In this document: piece after piece, positions 52,341-64,000 of the stretch
Layout of the letters: each line of letters begins with the position of its first letter
Numbering within the stretch: position 1 is the first letter of the stretch
Assembly: GCA_013265495.1 (NCBI GenBank)
Contig: MU058584.1
Span: 2,079,599 to 2,143,598 of the forward strand
Direction of reading: 5' to 3'
Source of the DNA: Vicugna vicugna
Taxonomy: Eukaryota
DNA: 64,000 nt
Position numbers and translations under genes: made by a program
Notes under the pieces: generated by a model
Told to the model about the DNA's origin: nothing
What the model saw: only the letters and a program-made list of their open reading frames with translations
Databases searched by the model: none

Positions 52341-54238
52341 GTGGGAATGTCCTTTAAAAAGTCCTTCCCGAAATACTTTTACAAATTACAACTATCTTTG
52401 TATTTCCTCTTCCTAAGTTTCTCATTCTGTGTGATTCTTAAAGATTTAAGTGGCTCATGTTCAGGCCTTATGTTCCAGGTTTGGACCCTTAATGCTTTGT
52501 TACCCTGCCTATGGGCAAGCCATCTGGGGTCGTCACCTAGATAATTACACCAAAAGCCACAGAATGCATTTTATACCAACTGCACTGAGGTTGTCCCTGT
52601 TCTCAGAAGAGGGACACTCTGCTGACTCTCCCAGGTTGCTCTGTGTCCTCTGCCTGGTGTGCATTCCCTGTGTTCCACACCACCTGGCAAACTTTTCTTC
52701 CTTCTTCAAGGACCAGCTCTGATCCGTATCAGTAGTGCCATAAAATGATTCTTACCTTCCGCAGGCTCCTCCCGTGAGTCCTCAGAGAGGGCGCAGACCC
52801 CGGGGCTGTGTCCTGCTCTGTGTTTGTGTGTGTGAGGGGCCCCCAGGCTCTCCCAGATCAGCACCAGCAGTTAGCAGTGCCCCTTATATAGTTAATGCTC
52901 CATATCTTTAGAAATAAACAAACGGGGACCTTTTAACAATGGTATAAATACCTTTATCTTAACCTGCATTTCTGGTGAAGTTGCCTTAGGGGAGAGATAA
53001 ATCAAACTCCGTTAGGATCTGACTGACCTCTTAGTCGGCGGTGGGATGACTCCAGAGCAAGTACTATCTAATGGTGGATTTTTCTGGGGGAAGGCTGCAG
53101 CTAGGCTGCCCCTGAGGTCCTTTCTCTTCTCCTGGAGCCTGGAGTGGTGCTCGCATGAAGACCTGGCATGCCCTCATTGCCTCGCCAAAGAAGTAGGACT
53201 TGAGCAGGGAGCCCCACCACCTCTCAGGGACAACCTTCCTAGAATCTTTCTGTGGGGTGTCTAATGAGGGGGAAAGCAGCATAGAATGGAAGAAACCAAG
53301 CATGTTTTTTTTGCCCATAACACTTAGGAAGCACGGTTATGGTTCTGCTATTCTGTGCCTTGGGGCCTTCAGTGATTGGGCCTCCCCTGTGTGTCCAAGT
53401 ACAGGAAAGCAGGAAAGCAGGATGGAGACCAGGTGAGAGGGGGCGTGTGTCTGAGAGACTGTTTTGTCTACCTTCTCCCATTTTAGCAATGAGAGTGTAG
53501 CAAAGTGGGATGAAGTGACTTGACCAAGGACAAGCTAGTTTATGCTGAAGGCTTGGATCCAGGTCTTAGGACAGTGGTTCTCCAGTCCCTAGCCATGCTG
53601 CCTTCTGAATCCCAGGTTCCCACGGTCAGGTCAGCGCCCAGACGCCTGCCGGTTCTCCAGTTGCACCTTTCTTGTCTGTTGCCTCTTTCTCTCTGGCTTC
53701 CACCCCGGCTCCCTCCTTCCTCATTCATTCTCTCTGTTTCTGTGGCTTCTGGCTCTTGCAACATTCCTACCTAGACCATTGATTTTTTTTTTTGTCAACG
53801 GACTGATAAGGGTCTCCACTTCGACTTTGCTCTGCCTCCATTTTTACCCTCCAAAATGTGGAGGCAGCTGATAAAAATGGACTCCCAGACGTTTTGCAGG
53901 TCTGAATCCGGCCTCAATACAGTGCACATGGTACTGATGGACGGATTTGGTAGGGCAGGACAGGCTGGTGGCGTAGGCTGGCCCTCCTGGGCATGTCAGC
54001 TGAACTCTGGAAGTATGTTCAACTTTCCCTTTTATTCTAGGGGACTGAGGACTCTTCAAAGCTGTGTATTTCTCAGGTAGTCAAAAGCAGTTTATGGACA
54101 CGGTTTCTATGTGTAGTAACCATGTATGAAATAAGAAAAAGAGTTGAGCTGGATCTCAGTTTTTTTTAATAAACAATCTGTGGGCTACCCCAGGGGCCAC
54201 TTTATTTCCATTTCTATTTCTGGTTGAAATACTCTTTT

Positions 54239-54347
54239 ATTTATTTATTTTTTATTTAATTAATTTTTAATGGAGGTCCTGGGAATTGAACCCAGGACCT
54301 CGTGCATGTTAAGCATGCACTCTACCACTGAGCTATACCCACCTCTA
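54239..54347 (-). mobile_element. tRNA-Ala-derived SINE (vic-1-like)
   Basis: Reverse complement GGGTATAGCTCAGTGGTAGAGTGCATGCTTAACATGCACGAGGTCCTGGGTTCAATTCCCAGGACCTCCA plus A-rich tail; TSD GAAATACT(C/G)TTTT at 54226-54238 and 54348-54360. Confidence 0.9.
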
Positions 54348-55807
54348 GAAATACTGTTTTAAGTAACCACAAGGAATTGAAAAACAAAAACTCACTTACT
54401 ATTTTTTTCCTCCATATCTTATTTTCTCTGCCCTGGTAGATACAGACAAGACATTTTTTTTTCTGGACTTTCTCTTTCTTTCAAGCAGATGACTCTTTGT
54501 AAAGGTGGCGCAGGGCTGACTTTACGTGATGTTGATTCCCCACAGATGACAGGCCTTCAGACGCCGGCCTTCTAAATGTTAGGTGCCACGTTGACCTTTT
54601 GTGATCAATTTGTTTTTATCCAGCTTTATTAAGAGCCAGCCACCGCACCATTGATTGGATCGACGCGGTGGTGATGTGAAGCAGTCCCTAAACGTGGCCA
54701 GAGTATAACCAGACTGACTTTTGTGTGGTTTTTGTTTTCTGGACATGGACTCTGTTAGTTAGAACAGCATTTAATTGTGCCCACCACCATTCCATAAAAC
54801 CCACGAGACAGTTACAAATGACCCGTCACAAGACGGGAGAGATGCAGTAGAAGGAAGGGGGGAGGGGGAGCCCGCAGGCCTCGTGCAAATGGCCGCAAGA
54901 CTCTCTTGGCTTTGGGATTTGCTTCCCTGGGCCGGATGTGCCTGGAAAGGTCTCAGAGGTTAAGAGCCAGGAGTCTGGGGAGGCGAAGGGTTATTGCATT
55001 TGATTACTGAGGTGCCTTCCAGGTGGTCACCATAGAAATCCTTTTCACTGGGGTCTCCTGAGATGCCAAACCCAGGCTGTGTCCATGTGGAATATGGTCA
55101 TGTGAACTGCGGGGACGGGGCTCACTAGGTCGGTTCCGTCTCTTTCTATATTTGGCCTCTGGAGCTGCGGCTGGGTGACTCCCAGTAAACTTTCCAATGG
55201 CTGTTCTCCAAACCTGGAGCTGATTCAGTGTGTGAACATGTCTAGGCCGGTCCCTGACGTTGCCATCAGGGCCTGGTCCAGGAGGCATGCTCCTGCGGCC
55301 CTGGGCCCCTGGCGTCCCCGGGTCTATGCACCGAGGCTCCTGCTGTCCCTCTGTCCTCCACGTCTCCCTCCCCAATTTTCCTTCCTCCTGCTCCTGTGGT
55401 GTGTGATAGGAAAATCTGTTCACCCATCTATGTTGGTGGGAAATCCTAGGTTAGGCCAAGTAATAACACCTTGCAATTATTTAGCATTATTTTGGGTGTA
55501 TCTCCCTTGAGAAATAAATTCCTGGGAGTATGCTGGTAAAATGAGTTTCAGTTAGCTGAATCATGTTTTATAGCTACTGATGTTATTAATTTAGAAATCT
55601 GTTCTCAAGGACAAAAACAGGACCAAGGCCATCTCAGCCACACACTTGAAATTCTCAGTGAAGGTTTGAGAGGCATGTTTTCTGATAAATTTCAAGGTAT
55701 AAACACTTTATGTAATGGAGAAAAAAAGAATCCGCAATTGCATTTTCTTGACATAAACTTGAGAGGGAGCTGCGTTTTCCGAGATCATTGAGTGCTTTCA
55801 AGTGTAG

Positions 55808-56050
55808 TAATAATAACTAATATTTATTGATATTTCTCATGTGCTAGGCCCGGTGCTGAATCCGTTGACATAGATCATTTCACATAATCCTGTTAATAAT
55901 CCTTTGAGGACTGGAATATATTTGTCCTAATTTACAGATTTTGAGACCGAAGTTCAAATAAGTGAAGTCACTTGCTCAAGGTCGTACAGCTGTTAAATAA
56001 ATGGTAGATGTGGGATTGGGACCCACCTGGAGTCCAACTCCAGAGGTCAG
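55808..56050 (-). mobile_element. Near full-length MIR
   Basis: TAATAATAACTAATATTTATTGA...TGTGCTAGGCCCGGTGCT...TTTACAGA...GTGAAGTCACTTGCTCAAGGTCGTACAGCT...GGGATTGGGACCCA...ACTCCAGAG. Confidence 0.8.
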
Positions 56051-56219
56051 ATCGTGTTACCCCTTGGCTGTTTCTTTCCTGTTATTGGTGAAATAGCATA
56101 TCTTCATCTCAAATATTATTTAAAAATTCCTCAAGTTTACATGTTAGAGCCCGTAGGCCCTGTGCTGGTGCCTTTAAATTTTTATTTCCCTAAGAGATTA
56201 TAACTAAGGCTACTGTCTA

Positions 56220-56430
56220 GGGGTAGCCAGCTCAGTTGGTCGGAGCTAATGGGGCCAAGGTGACAGGGTTCAACCCCCATATGAGTCTGTTGGCTGGGCT
56301 GAGTTTCATGGCCATGGAAGTAACCTTTCACCTGGGCCAGCTGCCCCACAAGTGAATGTTGCTGATCTGAGAGAAAACGGCCAGGATTGTGGCTAAAACA
56401 GTGCAGACCTCTTAACCAGCCACCTAAGAC
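56220..56430 (+). mobile_element. Ancient tRNA-Ile-headed SINE relic (MamSINE1-like)
   Basis: AGCTCAGTTGGTCGGAGCTAATGGGGCCAAGGTGACAGGGTTCAACCCCCATATG resembles tRNA-Ile(AAT) with a short deletion; family assignment from memory. Confidence 0.55.
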
Positions 56431-56502
56431 TATGGCTGGTGGTTTATGTTGGGACGAGCTATTATTACCATGTTTAGCTGCTTAAAACAGCAATTAAAAT
56501 TT

Positions 56503-56790
56503 TTTGCATTTTTTTTAATTGAAATATAGTCAGTTACAGTGTGTCAATTTCTGGTGTTTCAGTCATGCATATACATACATATATATATATATTCCTTTTC
56601 ATATTCTTTTTCATTATAGATTACTGCAAGATATTGAATATACTTCCCTGTGCTATATGGTGAAACTTGTTTATCTATTTTATATATAGTAGTTAGCATC
56701 TGCAAATCTCGAACTCCCACTGTATCCCTTCCCACCCCCTTTCCCCCCTGGTAACCGTAAGTTTGTTCTCTATGGCTGTGAGTCTGTTTC
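56503..56790 (-). mobile_element. 5'-truncated LINE-1 3' UTR fragment
   Basis: T-tail then TTGAAATATAGTCAGTTACA...TATAGATTACTGCAAGATATTGAATATA...CTGCAAATCTCGAACTCCCA...GTGAGTCTGTTTC; homologous to 1063-1306; flanking AAC(A/G)GCAATT repeats. Confidence 0.85.
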
Positions 56791-58864
56791 AGAACGGCAA
56801 TTCTGAGTGTGCTCCATGGAGCTAATGTTTGTTGTAATGTTTGCGTATGAGAAAAGGTTGCCTTGTCAGGTAAGTTTGGGAAACGTGTTAACGTGCACTG
56901 GAAATCTTCCAGAGGGTGTATATGGTAGTGGGAGGTTGCTTTTCAGAATCTGTTTGAGCCGAGGACCTTCTCCCTGGACTAGGATTCTTAGAAATATACG
57001 TTAGAAAATTCTGTCTTAAGGTGTGTTTGCTCTGTTGCTCTGGTCATTTTAAGTCTCTATAGTGGTGGTGTCTTTCCACATCAGGGGAGAACGAATTACA
57101 GTTGAAAAGATCAGTTTCCACATTCCCCAAACTTCTGTCTGGGTCTCCTTTCAGCAGGTTGTAGCTTTACCTCTGAAGTTCATCCGCATCTCTTGTCCCA
57201 TTTTCTCTTTTTTGTCCTAGTTTTGTACCTGGGATTCTGTTCCTGCCCACACCACGTGCCCCAGGTTAATGACACAGCGGGGACTAGAACCCAGATCTCT
57301 GGGCTCGGGCCCATTTCGCTTTCCAACAGCCTATGCTGCCTCCCAGTGGACAGAGCATTTGCAGGGAGCGGAGATGTTAGTACCTGATTCTTTTCTAGAA
57401 AAAGAATTGCGTGGTGGCTGTTAGCATTCCTTTGGCCTGCCCTTGCTCTCAGTTTGTAAAGTGGCATTGTCTTACCTCTCTGGGCAAGACTGAAAAACCC
57501 TTTTAACATCCTCCCCCCCAAATTAGCAGTGATCATTAACAAACACTTGAAAGCATCCATCCCTTAAGGGTTCTAAGAATGGATTCTAAGTTGACTTTCT
57601 ATTGGGAGAATAATCATCACATTGGAGGGACTCAGGAGATACAGGACACCAGCCCCTAGCCTTCTCCGGGGAATGCTGACGTTCACCTGAATCTTGTCAA
57701 AGATGACCTGCGACTCCAGTCCTCACTGCCTCCTTTATTTCTCTGTTTAACTCGGTACAACTCGCGTGGCAATTTCGGGGGTCTGATAATTTGGAGAATA
57801 AGTGAAAGATAAGTTTTATTTTACTTAAAAAAAAATAAAGTCCAAGTGAATGATCGTTATAGTCTATCCCTCAGTAATATTTAGATGCAATTCCTGAAGA
57901 ACAGTAGAGCTGCCAAAATCAGTAGGGTTTTTTACCAAGCTCTGCTTCAGTAATCCTATCGCTTGCCTGAAGAATTCATTATCCTGAAATAAACACATTA
58001 GGAACTCCGTGGTCTTTTACATCTCTAATATTTATGAAGTACTGAGGCTCCCAGCCAGCAAGAGGGAAGCAGGTAATTCCCAGCAATCAGTTAAATAGAC
58101 GTTGGCTGATTTGGATTGCAGAATATAGGTGCTTGATTAGCTCCATATATGGACATGCATTGTTCTTCAGTCATTCAAAAGCTACCCAATTATGAATATT
58201 GAGGTATCGTGTTCTGGCTTTTAACATAAGGCACTTACCTTTTAATTGGCCATCAGCTTTGTTTTTAGCTGGGATGTGTCTCCACTGGGATTCAAACGGA
58301 ATGGGGAGATAATCAGCCAGTAAGCAGAGAAAAGGGTAAAATGATCATGCGTGATGAAGTGGCAGGAGGGAAAGTTAGGGTTAGGCTAGAGGGAGAGGAA
58401 CAAAAGGGGGAAACTCACAGGAAACCAGCTCCCTTTGCTGCCACACTGCCAGGCACACCGCTTTTGAAAGCACCTTTTAATTTCCCTCTTCAGTTTTCAG
58501 GTGGGACAGATGGACGTGTTGGAGCTGACATCTACCAGCTTGATCACAAACTTGACTCCTCTCTGCCCTTAAACCCTGAGCCAAGCAGAGGGCGGGGCAT
58601 TGGATCCTCACTGCACAAACTTGGCAGGGAAAAAAAGACCATTAAGTGAAGGCTAATTGGAAGCTGCCCCAAACTGCACTCTGTTGGAGCTATTTACAAT
58701 ATCTTTCAAGCAGCGACTTACTAGATTATTCAGTTAAGGGACTGTGGGTGGGGGGAGCCTCCAGCTGACCTGAAGGACCAGCTGGTTTGAATGTGGTGCT
58801 GGACACTTTCTTAAATTCTCGAAATATTAACTCCTACATGATCTTAATCCTTGGTGCATAGCCT

Positions 58865-59062
58865 TTAACGCTCCCCTTTGGAACAGGAGCAGGGCACCTC
58901 TCCTGGGTCATGTATCTCTTTATATTCTGATGAAAGCTATGGTCCGCTCCCCAGAAAGTGAACTTAGATATACACATTTTTCCCATGTAATTTCAGGAAG
59001 CTCAGGAAACCCTGCAAGACCATCCATGGATCTCCTAATTTTGTCAGGTTGAAAGATCCTGC
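58865..59062 (+). mobile_element. Degenerate hAT-Charlie-type MITE (family uncertain)
   Basis: CTGATGAAAGCTATGG..CTCCCCAGAAA...AATTTCAGG...CCATCCATGGA...CAGGTTGAAAGATCCTG resembles ancient hAT MITEs; recognition from memory only. Confidence 0.45.
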
Positions 59063-59930
59063 TTCAGATGCAGTGATTGGGCCAGGAAGTTTTCTAGGTC
59101 CTAGAGAAATAACAGTGTGGGTACCCAGTACCTCTCAGTGAATGCCCTGATGATCTGTGTCTTTTCAAAGCATTTTGTCCGCTGTTCTTCCCCTCCTGCT
59201 GCATGGTGATTACAGTAAGTTTTGTTTGTTCATGATTTTGTAGTTTACAGGGCACTTTTTAAACATCTCATTTAGCTCTCATCAGCATCCCGCCAGGTAA
59301 GAGAATATTGTTTTCACTGTCACTAATTGCTTTCTCTGTTAAAAGTCCTAATTCTCTCCCAGGCTCCATCCCATCTAACTATGTGCCTCTTTGATGGAGA
59401 GCAAGATGGGGTGAGAGGGGGTGGGCTGGGAGGCGGCACATCTACAGTAAGCACCACTCAGAGAGGTGAAGGTGACACTGTTGACCTTGCTTACATCAAC
59501 TTCTGGTGTTGAGATGAGGACACGGGAACTATTTTTTCCTTATCCACGGTTGGGTGTCTCCAAGTCTGATCTTACTGATTTTGAATTTGTGATAATTGTT
59601 GCAGAGATGTGGCTGAAGTTTCACTGATAAGGCAGATCCATCAAACACATATTTTAAAGATCTAAGGCAAACTTTTAGAAAAACATAGACTACCTTAGAA
59701 AAAAAATTTGTATTCAAGCATTTCAGAAATACCCATTTGTATTTAAATACAAAGATGCAGATCTAAATTTTTTTATTAGAGCAGGTCTCATAAGTCACTG
59801 CTTAGAGGCTATATTTTGTTAGTGTAATTCCAGCTAACTGTAATTATCGTACGCACGCAAACATGGTAACATTTTTATATCTTTAAGAATAGTCCTTATC
59901 ATTTTACGCTCTTTTACCAATTCACCTACT

Positions 59931-59933
<3 letters not shown>

Positions 59934-59971
<38 letters not shown>
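59934..59971. repeat. Perfect (GT)19 microsatellite
   Basis: Read directly. Confidence 0.97.
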
Positions 59972-59973
<2 letters not shown>

Positions 59974-60439
59974 TTTTTCCTTCCGCCCTCACCTCCCCAC
60001 CTGTTGACAGGAAGTAGGGGACTTGTCCACAACTATATCCCCACAGCCTAAAACCAGGTAGCTGACTGAATGCATTGATTGGATTTGCAGCTATCGACTT
60101 CAGGTTTGCGGAGGAAAGCTAAAGACTTTTTTTCTCTTCAATTCATCTTTTCCATTTTGTCAGTTGTCCTCCTCTTTCCCTGCCTTTATATTTTTGCCTT
60201 CTTTTTCTTTTATAGCCAGAGAGGAAGAATTAGGTTTTCAGAACCTATTATGGACATTTGCCTAAATGCTGAAGGTGTGGGAAAGCATTGTGAAGGGATG
60301 GCCTGGGGGAGCGTTTTGGGACGGGGCCTCGGGGTGCAGACTGGCTTCCTGCCCGTTCTTTTCCAGAGTCAGTTTGAGGTCAGTGGCTCTGTGATCCAGG
60401 GCTGACTTGGTTGGCTGTTCCATAAGCAACGAAGGAGTT

Positions 60440-60574
60440 CTTTTCTTTTCTTTCTTTCTTTTTTTAAATTAAAAACTTATTTATTTATTTATTTTTTCAT
60501 TTAAATTTTTTTTATTTTTTAATTTAAAAATTAAAATATTTAATTTTTTAATTTAAAATTAATTAACTTTTAAT
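60440..60574. repeat. AT-rich low-complexity tract, possible retroposon tail
   Basis: ~135 nt with no G on the + strand; flanked by AACGAAGGA (60428-60436) and AATGAAGGA (60572-60580). Confidence 0.6.
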
Positions 60575-61433
60575 GAAGGATCTCTGAATAGAAATTATCA
60601 TGAAATTTAGCCATCCCTTTTGGTACCTGTTCCATCTATTTGGCCATAATGAATAATCTTTCACATCAAAGGTGTATATTTGGCCAGTGGAGTTTCTTAA
60701 CAACTCCATGGAGAAGAGGAAGGATGGACATACCTAATCAGAAGGGGTTTTGTGGCTCAGGAGCGCAAGAACGAAATTCAGAATTCACGGTATTCCTCCT
60801 GTGTCTGCCTGTAGAATGTTTAAATAGGCATTGGGTAGATCTCTTCTACCATTTTGTTTCCGTCTTCTTTTAAGAATGCAGTGAATTTGAAGCAATAAGG
60901 CCCCATCATTCATATCAAATCGGGTCAATGAAACCAGCTTTTACCCTCCCTCCTTGTGAGTGAGCCCTGGCTGCACAGGTGCATCACATCACGGGACTGT
61001 TGGGACATCGTTAGGGTCACTCCATCAGGTGTCAGTTGGGTCAGACAGTCCAGGAGAAGCTTCCGTGGAGGTGTCATCTCAGATTACCCAGCCTCCTTTC
61101 TGCTGTGGCACTGGCTTTAATACCTGTAAATGCTGAGTAGATGCTTCTCTAAGTGGCCCCAGGAGGCACAGCTGGGCTGGGAATGATCCCTGTGTAGGAG
61201 AAATCATCATACTGGGAGGGGTTGTTCTACAGCAGTGGGCTGCCAGACATCCTGACTGCTGTTCCTGGTTTGGTTTCTGCTGAAGCCATTCCGGGAACGC
61301 TGTCGTGACACACCTCCCTCTCTGCTGCACTTCGTCAGTGCTTTGGATGCTGTTAGTTTACCTGCATGAAATTTCAGACCCAGAGAGTCTTCCGTGCTGA
61401 CACACGGGTGGACTTTGAACTCTCAAGTTCTTG

Positions 61434-61701
61434 TTTTGGTGGTGGGTAGTTAGGTTTATTTATTTGTCAGGGAGGTGTATAGCTCAGTGGTAGGGCATGT
61501 GCCTAACAAGCACAAGGTCCTGGGTTCAATCCCCAGTACCTCCATTAAGAAAGAAATAAAACAAAAAGCCCAAAATATTTATTTGTCTATTTATTTACTT
61601 GTTTGTTTGTTTGTTTTCTTTACTGGAGGTACTGGGGATTGAACCCAGGACCTCATGCATGCTAAGCATACACTCTACCACCGAACTATCCCCTCCCCCT
61701 C
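61434..61701 (-). mobile_element. tRNA-Ala-derived SINE (outer copy, tail interrupted by a second SINE)
   Basis: Head at 61624-61700; 18-bp TSD TGAACTC(T/C)CAAG(T/G)TCTTG at 61416-61433 and 61702-61719. Confidence 0.88.
61469..61575 (+). mobile_element. tRNA-Ala-derived SINE (inner copy)
   Basis: GTATAGCTCAGTGGTAGGGCATGTGCCTAACAAGCACAAGGTCCTGGGTTCAATCCCCAGTACCTCCA plus A-rich tail; perfect 12-bp TSD TATTTATTTGTC at 61457-61468 and 61576-61587. Confidence 0.9.
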
Positions 61702-64000
61702 TGAACTCCCAAGGTCTTGATTGATCTTTTTATGTAGTAGTGACTGGAGGAGGAGGTTCTCTTGGTTGTTGCCCTCAGCCTGTGACCAATGTATACTCAC
61801 CTGAACCGAGCTCTTCCTTGTTCAGGATGAATTAGGTGCTTGATTTGTACACGCTCTTGGGCTCATCTCTTCAAATGCCTTCACATTGTCTACCTATCCT
61901 ATGCTTACCACTGCCCTAAACCAAATCCTTTCCTCTGCCCTGGTCCTGGGAGTCATGGCAGTCACATTTTGAAACACTTGCATGATCTCCAACTGGCTGT
62001 TAGAGATGACTGTCCTCGTCCGGCACATTGCTGGCGTGGGCTCACATGCACGCAGACAACGCTCACCATCCAGACACACCATTGTCTTTCTTTAAATGCC
62101 CCCCTTCCTTCTCTTCTTCTCTGCACATAGCACGCCATCATCTCCGGAGGTAAGAACTGCCCCATTACACACGAGATGATCATCGCTAATGCGGTGGGTA
62201 CAGACAGATAGAGACATCTAGCAGCGTGTTAATAAAAAGGCCTGGTGAGGAATAGAAAAGTGTCGCCCCCAGGTAATTCTAATAGACTGCCTGCAGTTTG
62301 CTCTAACCAGGACTGGAGAGGGGGTGGGATAAGGAATCGGGGAGAGAGGGTGCACCCATGTGTTAGGTCAGAGGAAAGATTTCTGTGCCTGGCTTTCTTC
62401 TTGTCTAGGAAATTTTAAAAGCTTCTTCTGCTTAGGCAAAAGCAGAGCCTTGCCAGGGTTCCGTTCCCTCCAAGCTGGGAAGGATGCAGTGGATCTCACC
62501 TGCATCCCCAAGCAGCCATCTAAACGCCAAAGCCAGTGAGTTTCTGAGGCTTTCTTTGGGCTGTGTCTCTCTGCCTCTTCCTTGTGCGTTATGTCATCCC
62601 TCTTTGCCTTTGTCTGTGTCTCTCTCCATGTCTCTGTGGCTTGGCATTGGTGCCTGGCTGGTCCCCACTTCTCTGTGTTTCTTGGTTTCCGCCAAGCCTG
62701 CCTCACGCCTTTCATTACCACGTTAACAAACTCGAGTCGTGCCCAGCGAGGACGCCTCATACGTTATGCTAATGATCAAGAGACATGTTAATGATATTTT
62801 AGAAGCCTAATTAGTGGAATATATAACTATATGCAATTTGGTAATGGACTGTGACAACAAGTTGTTAAAAGGGGGCTTGACAAATCCAGTTGCGTGTGGC
62901 CTGAGACAAACAGGAGCTGAGAATGGATGGGTGGAGATCAGATGGGGAGAGAGGGGGCTGGAGGTGGCAATGCCGTGTGTCCGTTGAAGTGGGGGTCGGT
63001 CTTTCTTACGGCTTGTTGCTTTCCTGTCATCCTTCCATCGTCCTTAACCCACAGGGCAAACTGGATGAGAAGAATTGTTTATTAATATTTCTTAAGCAAT
63101 TGCTTACTCTTGTCATTGATCATACACACGTATCTTTGTTAGAAGTGTTATTTTGATTATGTTATTCTCCGCCACATCCTTACTTGCCTTGTGTAATAGT
63201 AGATACGTATACACAGAAGATAGAAGGTAGGTTCTAGTACCAAAGAGAAACTTTATTGTGTTATAAACTAGCGATTGAGACCCTATAAACTGGGAAATTA
63301 TCTGTCTTGTGTCTATCAACGTCTTGGTAGTGTTGGTAGGAGCGAAGAAAGGAGTGGTGTGTGTAAAATCATTCAGCTGTTTGAATGTCGTTATCTGTCA
63401 ATGAAAGAATCGGTTAGAGGCATATATTTCTCCAGTTGGAACCATCTTCCCCCTAGTGCAGTGATTCCCATTTTGTGGGCCACGGACCCTGGGGGAAGCC
63501 ATGAAGCTGTTGGAAAGGTTCGGTATATCTTTGTGGACGCCAGACGTCGTCTATGAACAGAGCAGTGCCGTGCACGCACACACAGGTGCACGTGTAGATG
63601 CACCTCCTGCAGTTCTTTCAGCGCGTGAGATGCCGTGGTGGTTAATAAAATGCACGTTCACTTAAAAAAAGCATCTTTCAGTTCCTATTGACTTCTTGTC
63701 ATGTGCGTCTTTCCTGCATCTGCAGAAGCTGAAAACACGACTGTCTCATAGCGGTCCTTGCAATTTTTTATTAAAAAGGGAGACTGTACGTTCACAAAGT
63801 GTGGGAACCTTTGCCTAGCCTGGTGTCATCAGTGTAAAAATTGAAGCAAATAACTTTTACTTTTGACAACTATTTTAATTCTAGAAAATATGTTTGTGAA
63901 AATTGGCTTAAGTGTTGCCTGCTTCTCCAGTAACTATTACAAATTTGGGACTATATTTCCATAGGGTAGAAATTTCCCCTTAGTCAGAATTGACCTGTTT

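Noticed and set aside
54271..54342. Possible tRNA gene (anticodon AAC on minus strand) and similar tRNA-like sequences
   Set aside because: Acceptor stem imperfect, A-rich tail and TSDs present: SINE copies, not tRNA genes.
58478..58506. Recursive splice site TTTCAG|GTGGGA (also 24230, 54076, 59297)
   Set aside because: Each has a weak donor or weak pyrimidine tract; such matches are expected by chance in 54 kb.

Overview
Mammalian nuclear DNA, most likely a camelid (inferred from seven copies of a tRNA-Ala(AGC)-derived SINE and no recognisable Alu, Bov-tA/BovB, PRE-1 or Can-SINE). The window holds the 5' end of the TALE homeobox gene PBX1 on the + strand: a CpG-island promoter (~4900-5600), coding exon 1 (ATG 5905, donor after 6095), a 3291-nt intron 1, the 74-nt coding exon 2 (9387-9460) and the first ~54 kb of intron 2. 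Exon 3 is not in the window. The rest is non-coding: L1 3' fragments, SINEs, MIR/L2 relics, hAT MITEs, microsatellites and an intragenic CpG island (~19720-20920) headed by a canonical TATA box. No other ORF in the track looks like a real gene apart from a decayed L1 ORF2 C-terminus. I found no prokaryote-type system and nothing I can defend as a wholly new biological system. The best leads are: a perfect PBX-PREP/MEIS decamer (TGATTGACAG) in PBX1's own promoter; the TATA-headed intronic CpG island; a pre-miRNA-sized hairpin built from two inverted L2 ends (47747-47844); nested retrotransposon insertions, one creating a perfect 30-bp inverted repeat; a 36-nt templated insertion inside an old L1; and a candidate 7-nt microexon or recursive splice site at 12539-12545. 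Repeat family names and boundaries of old repeats were judged by eye and are approximate.
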